Below are positions 1 to 14,780 of a stretch of DNA of 64,000 nt, piece by piece. The notes beneath the pieces are model-generated. The model had not been told where the DNA came from, made no database searches, and saw only the letters and a program-made list of their open reading frames with translations. The stretch lies in the NCBI RefSeq assembly GCF_009914755.1, contig NC_060938.1; one strand, 5' to 3'. The stretch's first letter is position 1, and every line of letters begins with the position of its first letter. The position numbers and the translations under genes are program-made. Origin of the DNA: the human T2T-CHM13v2.0 reference genome, Homo sapiens.

Positions 1-168
1 TAGCTGGGACTATAGGCATGCACCACCACCCCCAGCAAATTTTTGTATTTTTTGTAGAGACTGAGTTTCATCATGATGCTGAAGCTGCTCTTAAATTCCT
101 GGACTGAAGCAACCTACCCACCTTGGCCTCTGAGAGTACTGGGATTATAGGCATGAGCCACCATGCCT
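1..168 (-). mobile_element. Alu (J-like), cut by the window edge
   Basis: Alu consensus. Confidence 0.9.
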
Positions 169-1419
169 TCATTGATCATCTTTAATAAACTGTGTGAGCC
201 ATCACTTGGTCCCTTTCCAGGTCTTTGGAAGAGGATCATGCAAATGAGGGGTCCTAACACATCAGCTTCATTAGCTTCAAAATGTCTATGCTTCTCTGCC
301 CAGAAGGGATGCTTTATTTGTCTAATTTGCACACACTCCACATAGGCTAACAGTGATCCTAGCTAATCTAAAAACATATGAAATTTACTACTTATATGAG
401 TATTTAAAAGTTGGAGTTTATTATCCTTGCAGTTCAATAATGTTAAATCTTGGTGTTTCTTCTGTTAAAAAAATTTAAGCAAAAACCATATAAACCATCA
501 CTTTTTTAGCACCCTCTAAAACCAACTCAATTTTAGAATCACTTTAAAAGGCAAAGCTCATACAGTAGGTAAGAACTTGGTATAGACATCTAGACATGGT
601 TAAATCTGATTTTTAATCAAAAAGAGTATTCATGGGTAAATGGGAAAGATGTATGGACTTTTAAAAAAACATTTTAGCAAAAAAAAAAAAAATGGGAATG
701 ATAGAAATAATGTTGGCAAAAGGTTGATAATTGTTGAAGCTGGGAATGGATACATAAAGAAGCATTACATTTTTGTCTTTTTTGCTTATACCTAACCAAG
801 TTTCTTTAAAAAATCCCAGTTCTTTTTTAAAAATACCTTTTTGAAAGATGTATATCAAACTACGCATTGTAATAAGCTCAAAAAAGCAGATTTAGGGTTC
901 AGAGGATGAAAATAATCTTGGTTCTCCACTTTACAATTTGAGGAAAGAATAAATCATTAATGATTTGATCTGTGCATTGCCCTTATTCACAATGTATATA
1001 TTATCTATCAGTAATATCCAATATTATTATTATGAATGTTGTGCTATTTTGTTATTCTTATGTCCGCCAAGTTATATTAACTCACAATGTGCTTAATAAC
1101 AAATATCTGATGAAGAATATATTTAAAGTTTAGATTTTTAGTAAGTGTGAAATGAACTAGGAAAAAATATAGAGATACCTGGACATCTGTAGTGAAGTCT
1201 GAAGAAAATAAAACAGTGAGAGAAGTAGCCCTCTACAAGATCTTCTTCTCCATCCTAAAACAGCACTCTGCATTATTTATTCACTCAACAAATATTTATT
1301 GAATGAGTTCTACATGGCGGCTTCAGCACAAAGGTGGACAAGACTAAAAAAGAACCTATTGTCTTAAGAGTCAAATCCTAGAAGAGGATTTTTTCTTCCA
1401 ATGAAGATGAAATAAACAG

Positions 1420-2100
1420 GGGCCAACTTTGCACTCTCATCTTAAACAACTAGAGAACTGACAAAATACAGGAAACAATGGTTTTAGATACCGGACAGCA
1501 AGAAGTGCAAGACTGTGATCCCTGAGAATGGGGAAATAAACAAGGTGAGGCTTGCAATAAAGCAGCTTATTGCCTAAAGAGGGTTTCCATGTTGCAGGGC
1601 AGGATGGGGAAACAAACACAATCTAATGGTCTCACTGAGGTGGGGAGACAGAGACAGGAGTTATCAGGAGGCCAAGACAGTTAAGGCAGAATGCCAGACA
1701 GAGAGCTCTGAAGAGTGGGAGAGGGGTACTGTAAAGTTTTCATTTACTACTGCCCTCCTTATGCCTGAAAGAAAACTACTTGAGAGCAGAGAAAAGGAAA
1801 GGAAGAAGCAAATTTCTAGCATTTACACAGGGCTGAGAATAGTTCAGGTTGGCCCCATTCAGGTTAGCAAAAAAACTTCATAATACACAGGATATTGGGA
1901 ACAATCCTCAGAGGATATTGCCTTAGTAGTGTGGTTAAATTAGCCCTAGACTAAATATTGCTCTAGACTTACACTGATAAGGTTTAAAAGCAAGCTCAAA
2001 AGTATCCAAGTGATTCTGAGTGACTTCACTATGCACTAGAACAAATCACAACATTATTCAAAGGAATGTAACAAAATCCAGCAACAAACAATGAAAAATT
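1420..2100 (+). mobile_element. Ancient L1M-type fragment
   Basis: A-rich sequence resembling recalled L1MC/L1MD 5' regions. Confidence 0.45.
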
Positions 2101-4387
2101 TCAGTACTGAAGAATTCAGTTTGCATCATTCACTAAGAACACGTTACCCCCAAAGAATTTGTCACTCAATTTTCTCATTGTATTTAATGAGGTGGTAAGA
2201 ATTGTAAAATGTGTCAACAAAACTGGTCTGAAGACTTGTGAACCAATCTTTGATGAAAATGAAACCATTTATGACTGACTTACACAGAAAAGAAATTTAT
2301 TGGGAAGATTTCAAGGAATCAACAGAAAGTATGAAGAATCAGATTCAGAAAACAAGCAGGAAACAAAGAGATCTGGGCAATTAATCCCCAGGAACACCCT
2401 GCAAGGACAGTTTCGCCATCATCATGGACATTACACACAACTCCTGATCCAGCCACCACTAGACACAGGGTGCTGTTAATGCCATTTAAATTAATTCTAA
2501 ACTGTCACCTACCTCTTTGTGTAACTGCTTAGGTTCAAACCCCTGGTTGGAAGACCCTGTTGTTCAAGCTTAGATTACGTGTCCATGCCTTAGCTGGCTA
2601 ACTTCCGTTTCCATTATAGGAGCAGGGAGCTAAAAGCTCACACAGTAGCAAACTACACAAATGCACAAAGTAGGTTCAGATGATGAGAAATCAAAAGCAA
2701 ATAACAATCCCTACTGCTTCACTCCCGTTACACAAATGTATAACAATATTTAATGTAATTCTGAAAGCATATTGGACTATACACAAGATGTTTAAATCAG
2801 AAGAAGCTCATCAGAAACTATAACCCAGATGCTCATCAGAAACTGAAGACATTTTAACAAAGAGTAAAAATCTAAACTAGATAAATTAATTTCTTGTTTG
2901 TCTTAATGCCTGGGTGCTTACAAAGTTGACTTAGTTAGCAGACATTTTCCAATGTTGGGTGCTTTCAAACACTACAAAGCACAGCTGAGTGTTTTACTTC
3001 ATCTGCACCTGACTGATGTGCTGAAAGTAAAGTTTTAGAGCTGTTTGAAGAAAGTTGTTTAGGAGGAGTATCATCACGTATGTGTGATTAAAAGTCAATG
3101 TTACTGGTAAGATAAATAAATAAATCTTTCTTCATAAAAAGCAACACTTTGAGAATTATTTTCCTGAAACCATAAATGAGAAAGACCAGTGATTCGAGAA
3201 GCTTGCAATTTATCAGATCACACAGGAAAAAACCCATAGCATTAAAATACATTCAGCAAAATTCCATACAAAAGTAGCAAAATAATATTCTGTGATGTTA
3301 ACACTTTGGCAACATACTGTGCACCTCTCATACTTCATAAAGAAGTGAAAATATTTGAAGTTTGTACCTACTCATTCATGTAAGTGTGAGTTCTTGATAT
3401 ATTGTGATACCAAGAAAAAGAAGGAAAACTGTGTATATTGAATCTGATAATCAGTGTTTACTTCCTTTTTGCAGCCCAAACTTCAAAATCATGATATTTC
3501 AGAACATAGTGATCTTATCCATTAACTATAAAATAGAAAAGGCTTTCCCAAAGATATTTAAGACATCATTTGATATTATAGCATATACACATGTACTATG
3601 GAGAAAAATGCAAATAATTTTCTACTTGTGATGAGCCCCAGAGGTTCACTTCTACTGCGGTTAGGAATACAATAGTGAAGAATGCACTTAGAAGCATTAC
3701 TCGATGTAACCATGAGAGAATTTGATCAGTTGGAAAGTATAGCTGCCATGTAAGATCAAGAGTCAGGTTGAACAGAGTTAGCCACATGTGAAGAATGAAG
3801 TGAACTTTCAGGCAGAGTTTAGAAGGAAAGACTTTTTCTACATCTTAGTTGACATTTTGACTGAAATGGACCTGCCTCAATGCCCACCTCACTTTGGAGG
3901 TAGGATAACAGGGGTTGATGCAGTTTGTAAAGCCCTGAGTTGGAAATTGTTGTCCTCATTCTGTGTGGTCTTGGGTAAGTCACTTACTCTTCCCAGATAC
4001 CGAGGTGTCAGTCCCCTTTGCTTTGTAAAATCTGGGCTTTAGAATGTATATCACCAAGATTCCTCCTTGCTCCAAACGCTATGGCCCCATGGTGTGTCTC
4101 TTTTCGTAACTTTTCCCTTGCTCATCTGATGTGTGATGGATGATCGTTAACACTGTAGCTATAAACCTGACCCTTCATTTCCAGTCTGAGATTAAAAAAC
4201 GAAACACGGATACATCTCATTCGCATGTCTTCCCACCCACTGAGATTGTAAGCTCCTCCACAGTGAGCATTGTGTTGGTCACCGAGTTTTGAATAAATAT
4301 TAAATTGTTTAAATGAGAGAAATGTCTTGAATCAGTGAGTACTTTTAAACAAACCTTGCCTCTTGATTAGCCATCTTTTTACATATT

Positions 4388-4712
4388 TCTAATGTTAAAA
4401 ATCTGCAACCGTGCTGTGCATAAAAATATGTGAGCCACATATGTCATTTTAAAATTTTATTAGGCACACCTTAAAGAGTAAAGTGGTCGAATTAATTTCA
4501 GTGTATTTTGTTTAACCCAATGTATCCAAAATACTATCATTTCAACATGGAATCAATATAAAATTATTAATGAGATATTTTACATTTTTTACACTACATC
4601 TTTGGAATTGAGTGTGCATTTTATAATTACAGCACATTTAAGTTTGGGTTAGCCATAGCTCAACTATTCAATGACCACAAGTAGCTAGTGGCTACTGGAC
4701 TGGACTGTGCAC
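4388..4712. mobile_element. MER33-like hAT DNA transposon remnant
   Basis: 'gagccacatatgt..ttttaaaatttt' and 'tagctagtggctac..tggac' match the recalled MER33/MER3 consensus. Confidence 0.75.
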
Positions 4713-5134
4713 GTCTAGAGAGCATAAGAGGGGGTAAGTAAAATGCATGATGAAAGATGCATGTTATCTCCTATATTTCACAATTTTAAAAAATTGGGTT
4801 TAAAGCCAAGTTTAAAGTGAAAGATCAAATGTTCAAGGCCATGTGTTAATAGCTATGACCTAAATAAACAACTGCAGAGGTCAGAAGTGGTGCCTGATGT
4901 TGTATACTGATTATGTGCAAAGTGTCTCAGTACCCGTGGTGTGGTAGGAGCTCTGCAACATTAAGGCTGTGCCCCAGTTTGGATAGATAGCTTCTCAGGC
5001 AGTGCCACATCATAAGCCTAACCACCACTATAAGCCATATTTCTAAAGTACCTACAGAGCCACATGTTATATTAGTGATGGCATTTTCAGGGACCTGCCG
5101 ATTATCTGAAAGGTAATTAAGACGTCAGGTAGAT

Positions 5135-7697
<2,563 letters not shown>

Positions 7698-10179
7698 TTA
7701 GTTTTTAAATTTCCCCAGCTGTCACCAAATACCATCTCCATATATATATCAAGTGTAGGTTGTGTCTTGCTCTCATGACCGTCTTTCTCTTCAAACTTGC
7801 CTTCAATGATCATTTTAACTTTACTTTATCTATATAAATATTTGCACTGGAGGGGCAGGCAGGGTCTTCTCAGAACTATATACCTCCCAAGTGCAGGTTC
7901 TTTATTTTTTGCCCAAATAGACTACAGACTAGTAGCTTCATGTGACCTTTACAACAAGTCTGTGCTCCCTTCTCTAGACCTGTTTCTTTCCCATCATTCT
8001 TTCTGGAATTCAATCTCTGAAGGACTGTTGGTAAAATATGGAGGTAGTTCTGGAAATTGACAACACTGGGAGTGGGGGACTGTGATGGAAACAATCTGAA
8101 AGACAGGGGCAAAGTGGGAACAACTCACAGCACTTCGCTACTATAGAGAGGTCAAAATGTGGGCTACAAATCAAATTTGTCCTTGGCTGGATCCACAATT
8201 ATAAGATACCTGAGCCCAAGGGCTTTAGAGCATCTGCCTGCCATTTGAGCCCAGAACAAGCTGCCTGGATATGGAGACTGGTCCTCCAATTAGCTACAAT
8301 TGAGCTCGGGATGAGAGCTGTGCTATCCTTTTTCCTCTCCTCAATTTTGTTATTCTAGCAGCTGTCATCACCATTCACTTCCACTCACAGACTGTACATA
8401 GTAAAGGAGCTCCATTCAAGTTTTGTATCCAAATTAACTTTGCAGCCCAGCTAATGTGAATTTATGGGAACCAATGGTAAATATAAATGCTAGCTGCACT
8501 CCCACTCAACATGGGCTGTTAGTAGATATTTACATTTAGAAGTTTAACACATCCTGGCTTTAATCCAATATTCTCTAACATTCTCTAAACAGTCCCAGTT
8601 TTCTAAACCCTATGGTTAGCATGTATAAAGAGAGGACCAAAGGGGGGAAACATTAGGAAGCAGCTATAAATATAAACCACCTTTTAAGATTTACACAGAG
8701 ATTTTGTTAGTAAATTTAGAGAGCTGTGTACACTAGAGCTAAATTTTTACCCATACACTTAGAAACTAACAGAAGCACGCAGGGAAATCATCTGTTGTGT
8801 TAACTCCCTCCCACCCCTACTCTTTCTGACTTTTGAATTAGGAAGAAAAGGAAGCCAACCAAGAATCAAATGCAGTTATAACTGCATTCGTTTTTGGAAT
8901 TAACCACTAGTGAAACACACATAGAAAGTAAGAACAAAAAATAAGCCTCCCTGGCCATATCAGTATTCTAGCTTTTTCCCCAAATGAGCTTAAATCATTA
9001 AATAACAGCAGTTTAGTTGTCAATATTTACATTATGCAAAATACTTCCTCTTCAAGATTGTTTTGGCTATTCAAGGGCCTGTGCTTTTCTATATATATTT
9101 TATTATCAATGTATCAATTTTTCTAAAAAAAAAATTCTCTTGGAACTTTGGGCTTACATTGACTCTGCACGTCAATTTGGGGAGCACCTATATGTGAGCT
9201 CCATCAGACTCATGACCCGTGAACATGTATGTCTCTCCATTTATTTAGATCTTCTTTAATTTCTTTCAGCCATGGTTTGTAGTTTTCTCAGCAGAGTCCC
9301 TGCATGCTTTTTGTTAAATATATTCCTAAGTATTTTGTGATTTTTGAGTTGCGGTAACTGGAATTTTTTGAAGTTTCACTATCTAAATGTTTGCCTGAGA
9401 AAAAGAAATCAATACCCTGAACCCTTCTACAACCCTTTCTTTGGGCACCCTTTCTGCCATGACCTTCTTGCCCTCCTAATTAGCATGAGGGCCAATTTCT
9501 GCCTATCCCTTTGGCCCTATTTCTCTACTTCATCTGTAGCTAAATCCCACCTAGGCCCAAACTTTTGCTGATCCAGTCTCCTCCTCTCAGTCCGCTGCCA
9601 GTATCTTGGGTTTTTGTTGTGTTTTGTTTTTGTTTGGTGGGAGGGCATGCACAAGCATCCTCAGGTCAGATGAGAAAGACTCAAAAAGCACTGCTCTAAG
9701 GAAACAGGGTATTCATGTAAACATATTCCACTGCCTTTAATGGATGCATGCTAGAAGTATCTGATCAAATTAGAAATGCCCTCATTAGTGGTGCATTTTG
9801 TGGAAAGAGCTCATTTCCCATCACATGTGTGCCCTTAAATATCCCTTTGTTGCCTCTACTCTCTTTGGAAATGATGATGAGATCATGCATTTGGGTAGAA
9901 GCCACTCACCAGGTAGAATAGAGCAAAATATGAAAGATAAAATGGGATTCTCAGGCTCTTGAGTTTACATTTCTACAGCTAAAGTAAGGTTTGTTCATTT
10001 TCTTCCTGGCCAATAATTTTTCTCCCAGGTCCAAATAAGAGCCAACTGAGAAGCAAGTTAATAGTATTGTTAACTCCTAGTTAATAGTATTGTCATTTTA
10101 CATGCACTTGTTCATGGACCTCCTAGCTCACTGAGCATTGGTAAAGGAAGAACCCACCTTCCTGCTCCCCACTCTGATT

Positions 10180-10710
10180 ACATACACTCTCACACATGCT
10201 CACACATTCTCACAATGGAACACTCACACATACACACTTCCACACTCATACATTTCACACACTCATACTCATATACTCTCACACACTTGCACATGTTCAC
10301 ATTCATACTCATGTATTTCACATTCCCACACTCACATATATTCACACTCACACACTGTTGCACACACACTCACATACTGACACATATACTCACACTTATG
10401 CATATGCACGTACATAATACACTCTCACACTCACACATACACATACACTCACATACTTTCACACACTCTCACACTCATGCTCACACACCGACACACACAC
10501 GCATATACTCTCCCACTCTCTAACAGCCCATGGTGAGTGGGAGTGCAGCTAGCATTTATATTTACCATTGGTTCCCATAAGTTCACATAAGAGAAGGAGG
10601 GAGAAAGAGGCAGAGATACAAACTATCTCACACTCACATATTGACTGGCACACTCTCACACTGACACACTCACTCTAATGTCTATACACACTCACAGTCT
10701 CACACATGAA
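10180..10710. repeat. Degenerate (CA/CACT/CATA)n low-complexity tract, interrupted at ~10520-10622
   Basis: Directly visible. Confidence 0.92.
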
Positions 10711-11126
10711 ACAGGACAGAAACAAGCAGCTTTCTGGACTCCTGATACTCCCAGTTGTCACCAAGGCCAAAGCTGTCCAAGAAACTACGCTGGTTGGGGC
10801 AGCTGCTTAAAGTTTTGAACCCTTTGGGAACATCCCCTCTGCTATCTCAGTACTCGAGGCCCTCTGCCTTGACAGCTAGTTTTCATTCAATATCACAGAG
10901 AATCCTCTTTTGGGAACTGGTTCAACTCCCAACTTTTGTTTGACATTTGTAGCTAATGCTTACTTCTACCACCATCTTTGTGACCTAGAGAGGTGAAATT
11001 ATCCCATAATGAGGACAGCTAGCATTTATGTAGCACTCCCAATGTGCACTCCCCTAAATCCTTTTATAACACCTATTTAATCCTCACAGCAACACCATGA
11101 AGTAGCACCATTAAAACCCTTATTTT

Positions 11127-11414
<288 letters not shown>

Positions 11415-11989
11415 TTATTATTTTATACACACGAAAATTGAGGCACAGAGAAATTAAGTAACTTACCCAAGGTTCCACAGCTGAAACATGGTACAACAGG
11501 GATTCAAATCCAAGTTATCTGGCTCTAGAGTGTTCATTCCTAAATGCCGTTATGACACTGCCTCTCTCTGCAAATAAAAAAGATACTGCAAAGTTAATCT
11601 AAATAACTTTCTCTCTTACAATCATCACACTTGACAATTTATATTCATAAGCAATATTATCACAGATATTTGGCACCAGATGTAGAACCACTAGAAATAT
11701 TTTGACCACGAGGACTTTGAGTGAGCAATGCCTTCAGACCTCTCTGTGCATGCCCAGAGTCTAAATAGAAAGAGAAACTGGGTAGTGAGAAGAAGGGAGA
11801 AAGACAGAGGCAGAGACATAGAGTAATGGCCTAGAGACACAGTGAGAGAAATGGGAGAAGCGGACCAGTCAGAGGCCAGAGAGGACAGCAGCTAGAACTA
11901 TCAAGGAGATGCCCAAAGGGAATTTGATACAAACATGAAAGAAAAAAAAAAAAGCCTGGCACACACACAAGCACGTCTACTAGGGAGAG

Positions 11990-12355
11990 TGTATTAGTCC
12001 ATTATCATGCTGCTATGAAGAAATACCCAAGACTGTGTAATTCATAAAGGAAAGAGGTTTAATTGACTCAGTTCCACAAGGCTGGGGAGGCCTTGGGAAA
12101 CTTACAATCATGGCAAAAGGGGAAGCAAACACGTCCTTCTTCACATGGTGGCAGGAGAGAGAAGTGCAGCACAAAGAGGGGAAAACCCCTTATAAAACCA
12201 TCAGATCTCATGAGAACTCACTCACCATCACAAGAACAGCATGAGGGAACCGCCCCCATAATCTAGTCATCTCCCACGAGGTCCCTCCCACAACATGTGG
12301 AGATTATAGGAGCTTCAAGAGGAGATTTGGGTGGGGGCACAGCCAAACCATATCA
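11990..12355 (-). mobile_element. THE1-family (MaLR) solo LTR
   Basis: TG...CA termini, THE1 consensus motifs, perfect 5-bp TSD GAGAG (11985-11989 / 12356-12360). Confidence 0.92.
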
Positions 12356-12378
12356 GAGAGCTTCCAGAATGTGAGACT

Positions 12379-12692
12379 GGACCAGGGGCAGTGGCTCACA
12401 CTTCTGATCCCAGTGCACTTTGGGAGGCTGAGGCAAGAGGATGGCTTGAGCCCAGGAGTTCAAGATCAGACTGGGAAATATAGGGAGACCCCATCTTCAC
12501 AAAAAAAAAAAAAAATTAATCAGGCATGGTGAGCACCACTGTGGTCCCTGCTACTCAGAAGGCTGAAGTGGAAGGATTGTTTGAGCCCAGGAGGTCAAGG
12601 CTACAGTGAGCCAAAATTGCACCACTGCCCTCTAGCCTGGATAACAAAGCAAGACGGTGTTTCAAAACAAAATTAAAAATTAAAAAAAAAAA
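12379..12692 (+). mobile_element. AluJ
   Basis: Dimeric Alu with J diagnostics. Confidence 0.9.
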
Positions 12693-13443
12693 AGAATGCT
12701 CTATTTGAACCTGAGGTCAAAAGAAGAACAATGAAGGAACTGTACATGAAAGGGAACCAAAAATGGTAATAGATTTGGGAACAAATATAGACATACTAAT
12801 TATTAGAAGACTATCTAAGTAAGGGACTGGTACCTCCTATGTTGAAAATAAACCTCTTAGAAATATGTGACCTGCCTACCTGCATTCAGTTCTTACCTGG
12901 CAAATGCCCACTCACATAGTAGCCAGCTCTGGACTGAAGCCATCAATCGAATGGCATCATATATGCATCCTCAAGGGGAAAATGCTGCCTTTGCAGGCCC
13001 TGGACCCAGGAGCACACTCTTGAGTCCTCAGGTGTAGCGCAGCAAACAACAGAAATCTATTTCTTGGGGTAAGTTTGTAGGCTTTTGATCATTGAGATAA
13101 TACCTACAGGTTTAAAGAATGACAAAAATAACTTTAGGTCATTTGGGAAAATGTGTAGACATTATACAGAAAGCAAAGTCTGGCATGAAACGGACAACAA
13201 TGTTGTTGCCAAAACTGGATCAGGCTACCATAATCTTTTTTCTTACATTCCACTTTTCTATCTTTTCCAAATATTCCACAGTGATCATGTATTAATTTTT
13301 CTCTTATTTTGATGTTGCAAATATTTATTTTATTATGGAAAACGGCAAGCTACATATGGGGAAAAAGAAAAATTGAAATTATGCAATGGCCTACCACTCA
13401 AGAGATAATTATTAAGACTGTGGTGTACTTTTTTCTATATACT

Positions 13444-13585
13444 TTTTTTTAAAGGAAAGGATCTTACTCTGTCGACCAGCCCCTCACCTCCTTTGACTAG
13501 CTGGGATGACAGGCACATGCCACCATATCCAAGTAATTTTTGTATTTTTTGTAGAGAAGGGGTTTCATTATGTTCAAACTCCTCA
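13444..13585 (-). mobile_element. Internally deleted Alu fragment abutting the retrocopy
   Basis: Alu linker tttttgtattttttgtagag and 3' end with T-run. Confidence 0.8.
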
Positions 13586-13797
13586 GCTGGCCTGCTTGAT
13601 CCGATGCTTGTTAGCCTTGACATTTACAATGAACACAAGTGTGTTGCCATCTTCTGTCTTCTTCACAGACAACTTAGTAGTCAGGGGAACTTGATGATGG
13701 CCAAGTGGTCAAGCTCCTCAGGGCTGTCTTCCGTGGATACTTGAGCTGCCCCAGGAGCCACAGCGTCTCAGGCAGCTGAAAAGTGAGTGACATGTAG

Positions 13798-13838
<41 letters not shown>

Positions 13839-13965
13839 TGTGTGTGTAGCTGTAGACACCTCAGCCTTGCCTCCTTGGCCTTCACAGCCCTTGCTTTAGC
13901 TTTGGCTTTGAGAGAGGCAGAGGCTCCCTCTTTTGCCCTCACTGTTATCTTGGTGAAAAGCCAGT
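13575..13965 (-). pseudogene. Decayed processed pseudogene of RPL23A (5'UTR to about K-Q-A), frameshifted, 3'-truncated
   Basis: Minus strand gives 'cttttcaccaagata' (RPL23A-like leader), [54 protein letters not shown], matching RPL23A motifs; no introns; start codon lost. Confidence 0.85.
13800..13847. repeat. (TG)n microsatellite, ~24 units, inside the RPL23A retrocopy
   Basis: Directly visible. Confidence 0.97.
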
Positions 13966-14402
13966 TTGGCAGTTTCTTTTTTTAAAAAAATGCAAGTATC
14001 ATAACTCAGCAATCACATTTGGGGGCAATTTATCCCAGAGAAAGGGAAATTTATGTTCACATAAAAACCTGAATTACTTCAAGGAATGTTATTTAACAAA
14101 CAGGTTTTCTCACTTAACTGATTATATTCTTGACGGATACACAAATTAAATCTTAATACAATATCTCCAGTGGATCCTCCAAAGTTGTATCTGTTTTCAT
14201 GGGCCAGAATGAGGGAAAGTCATTCTGGCCATTCTCTTTTGCAGAGAAGGTCATTCTCTTTTCTATATGAGGAGCATCTCTCAACTGCAAGGTGCAGCTC
14301 AAATATCTGTCTATGTATAGATACGACTTTCAAAGTCTAGATAGGAATGGCTTGAACATACCATCCACATTTTATGGAAAATCGCTTGTTTCTCTTTTCC
14401 CC

Positions 14403-14780
14403 TGTCTTAATCTGTTTGTGCTGTAAACAAAACAAAATACCAGAGACTGGATAATTTATAAACAGCAGGAGTTTATTTCTCACAGTTTCAGAGGCTGGGA
14501 AGTCCAAGATCAAGGTGCCGGCAGGCTTGGTGTCTAGGGAAGGATCATTCCTTATAGATGGTACCATCTAGGTGTCTTCACATGGTAAAAGGGAAGGAAG
14601 GGCAAACAGGGACCTAGTTGGTCCCCGCCAGACCTTTCATAAGGTCACTAGTCCCACTCATGGAGGCTCTACCCCCATGACTTGATTTTTTCCTAAAGGC
14701 CCCACCTCTTGACACTGTTGCATTGAAGATTAAATTTCAACATGAATTTTGGAGGGAACGCAAACATTCAAACAACAGCA
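14403..14780 (-). mobile_element. MST/MLT1A-type MaLR LTR
   Basis: 'tttatttctcacagtt..gaggctgggaagtccaagatcaagg' and 'caacatgaattttggaggg' motifs. Confidence 0.8.

Noticed and set aside
10138-10523. His/Thr-rich ORFs
   Set aside because: Translation artefacts of the CA-rich repeat
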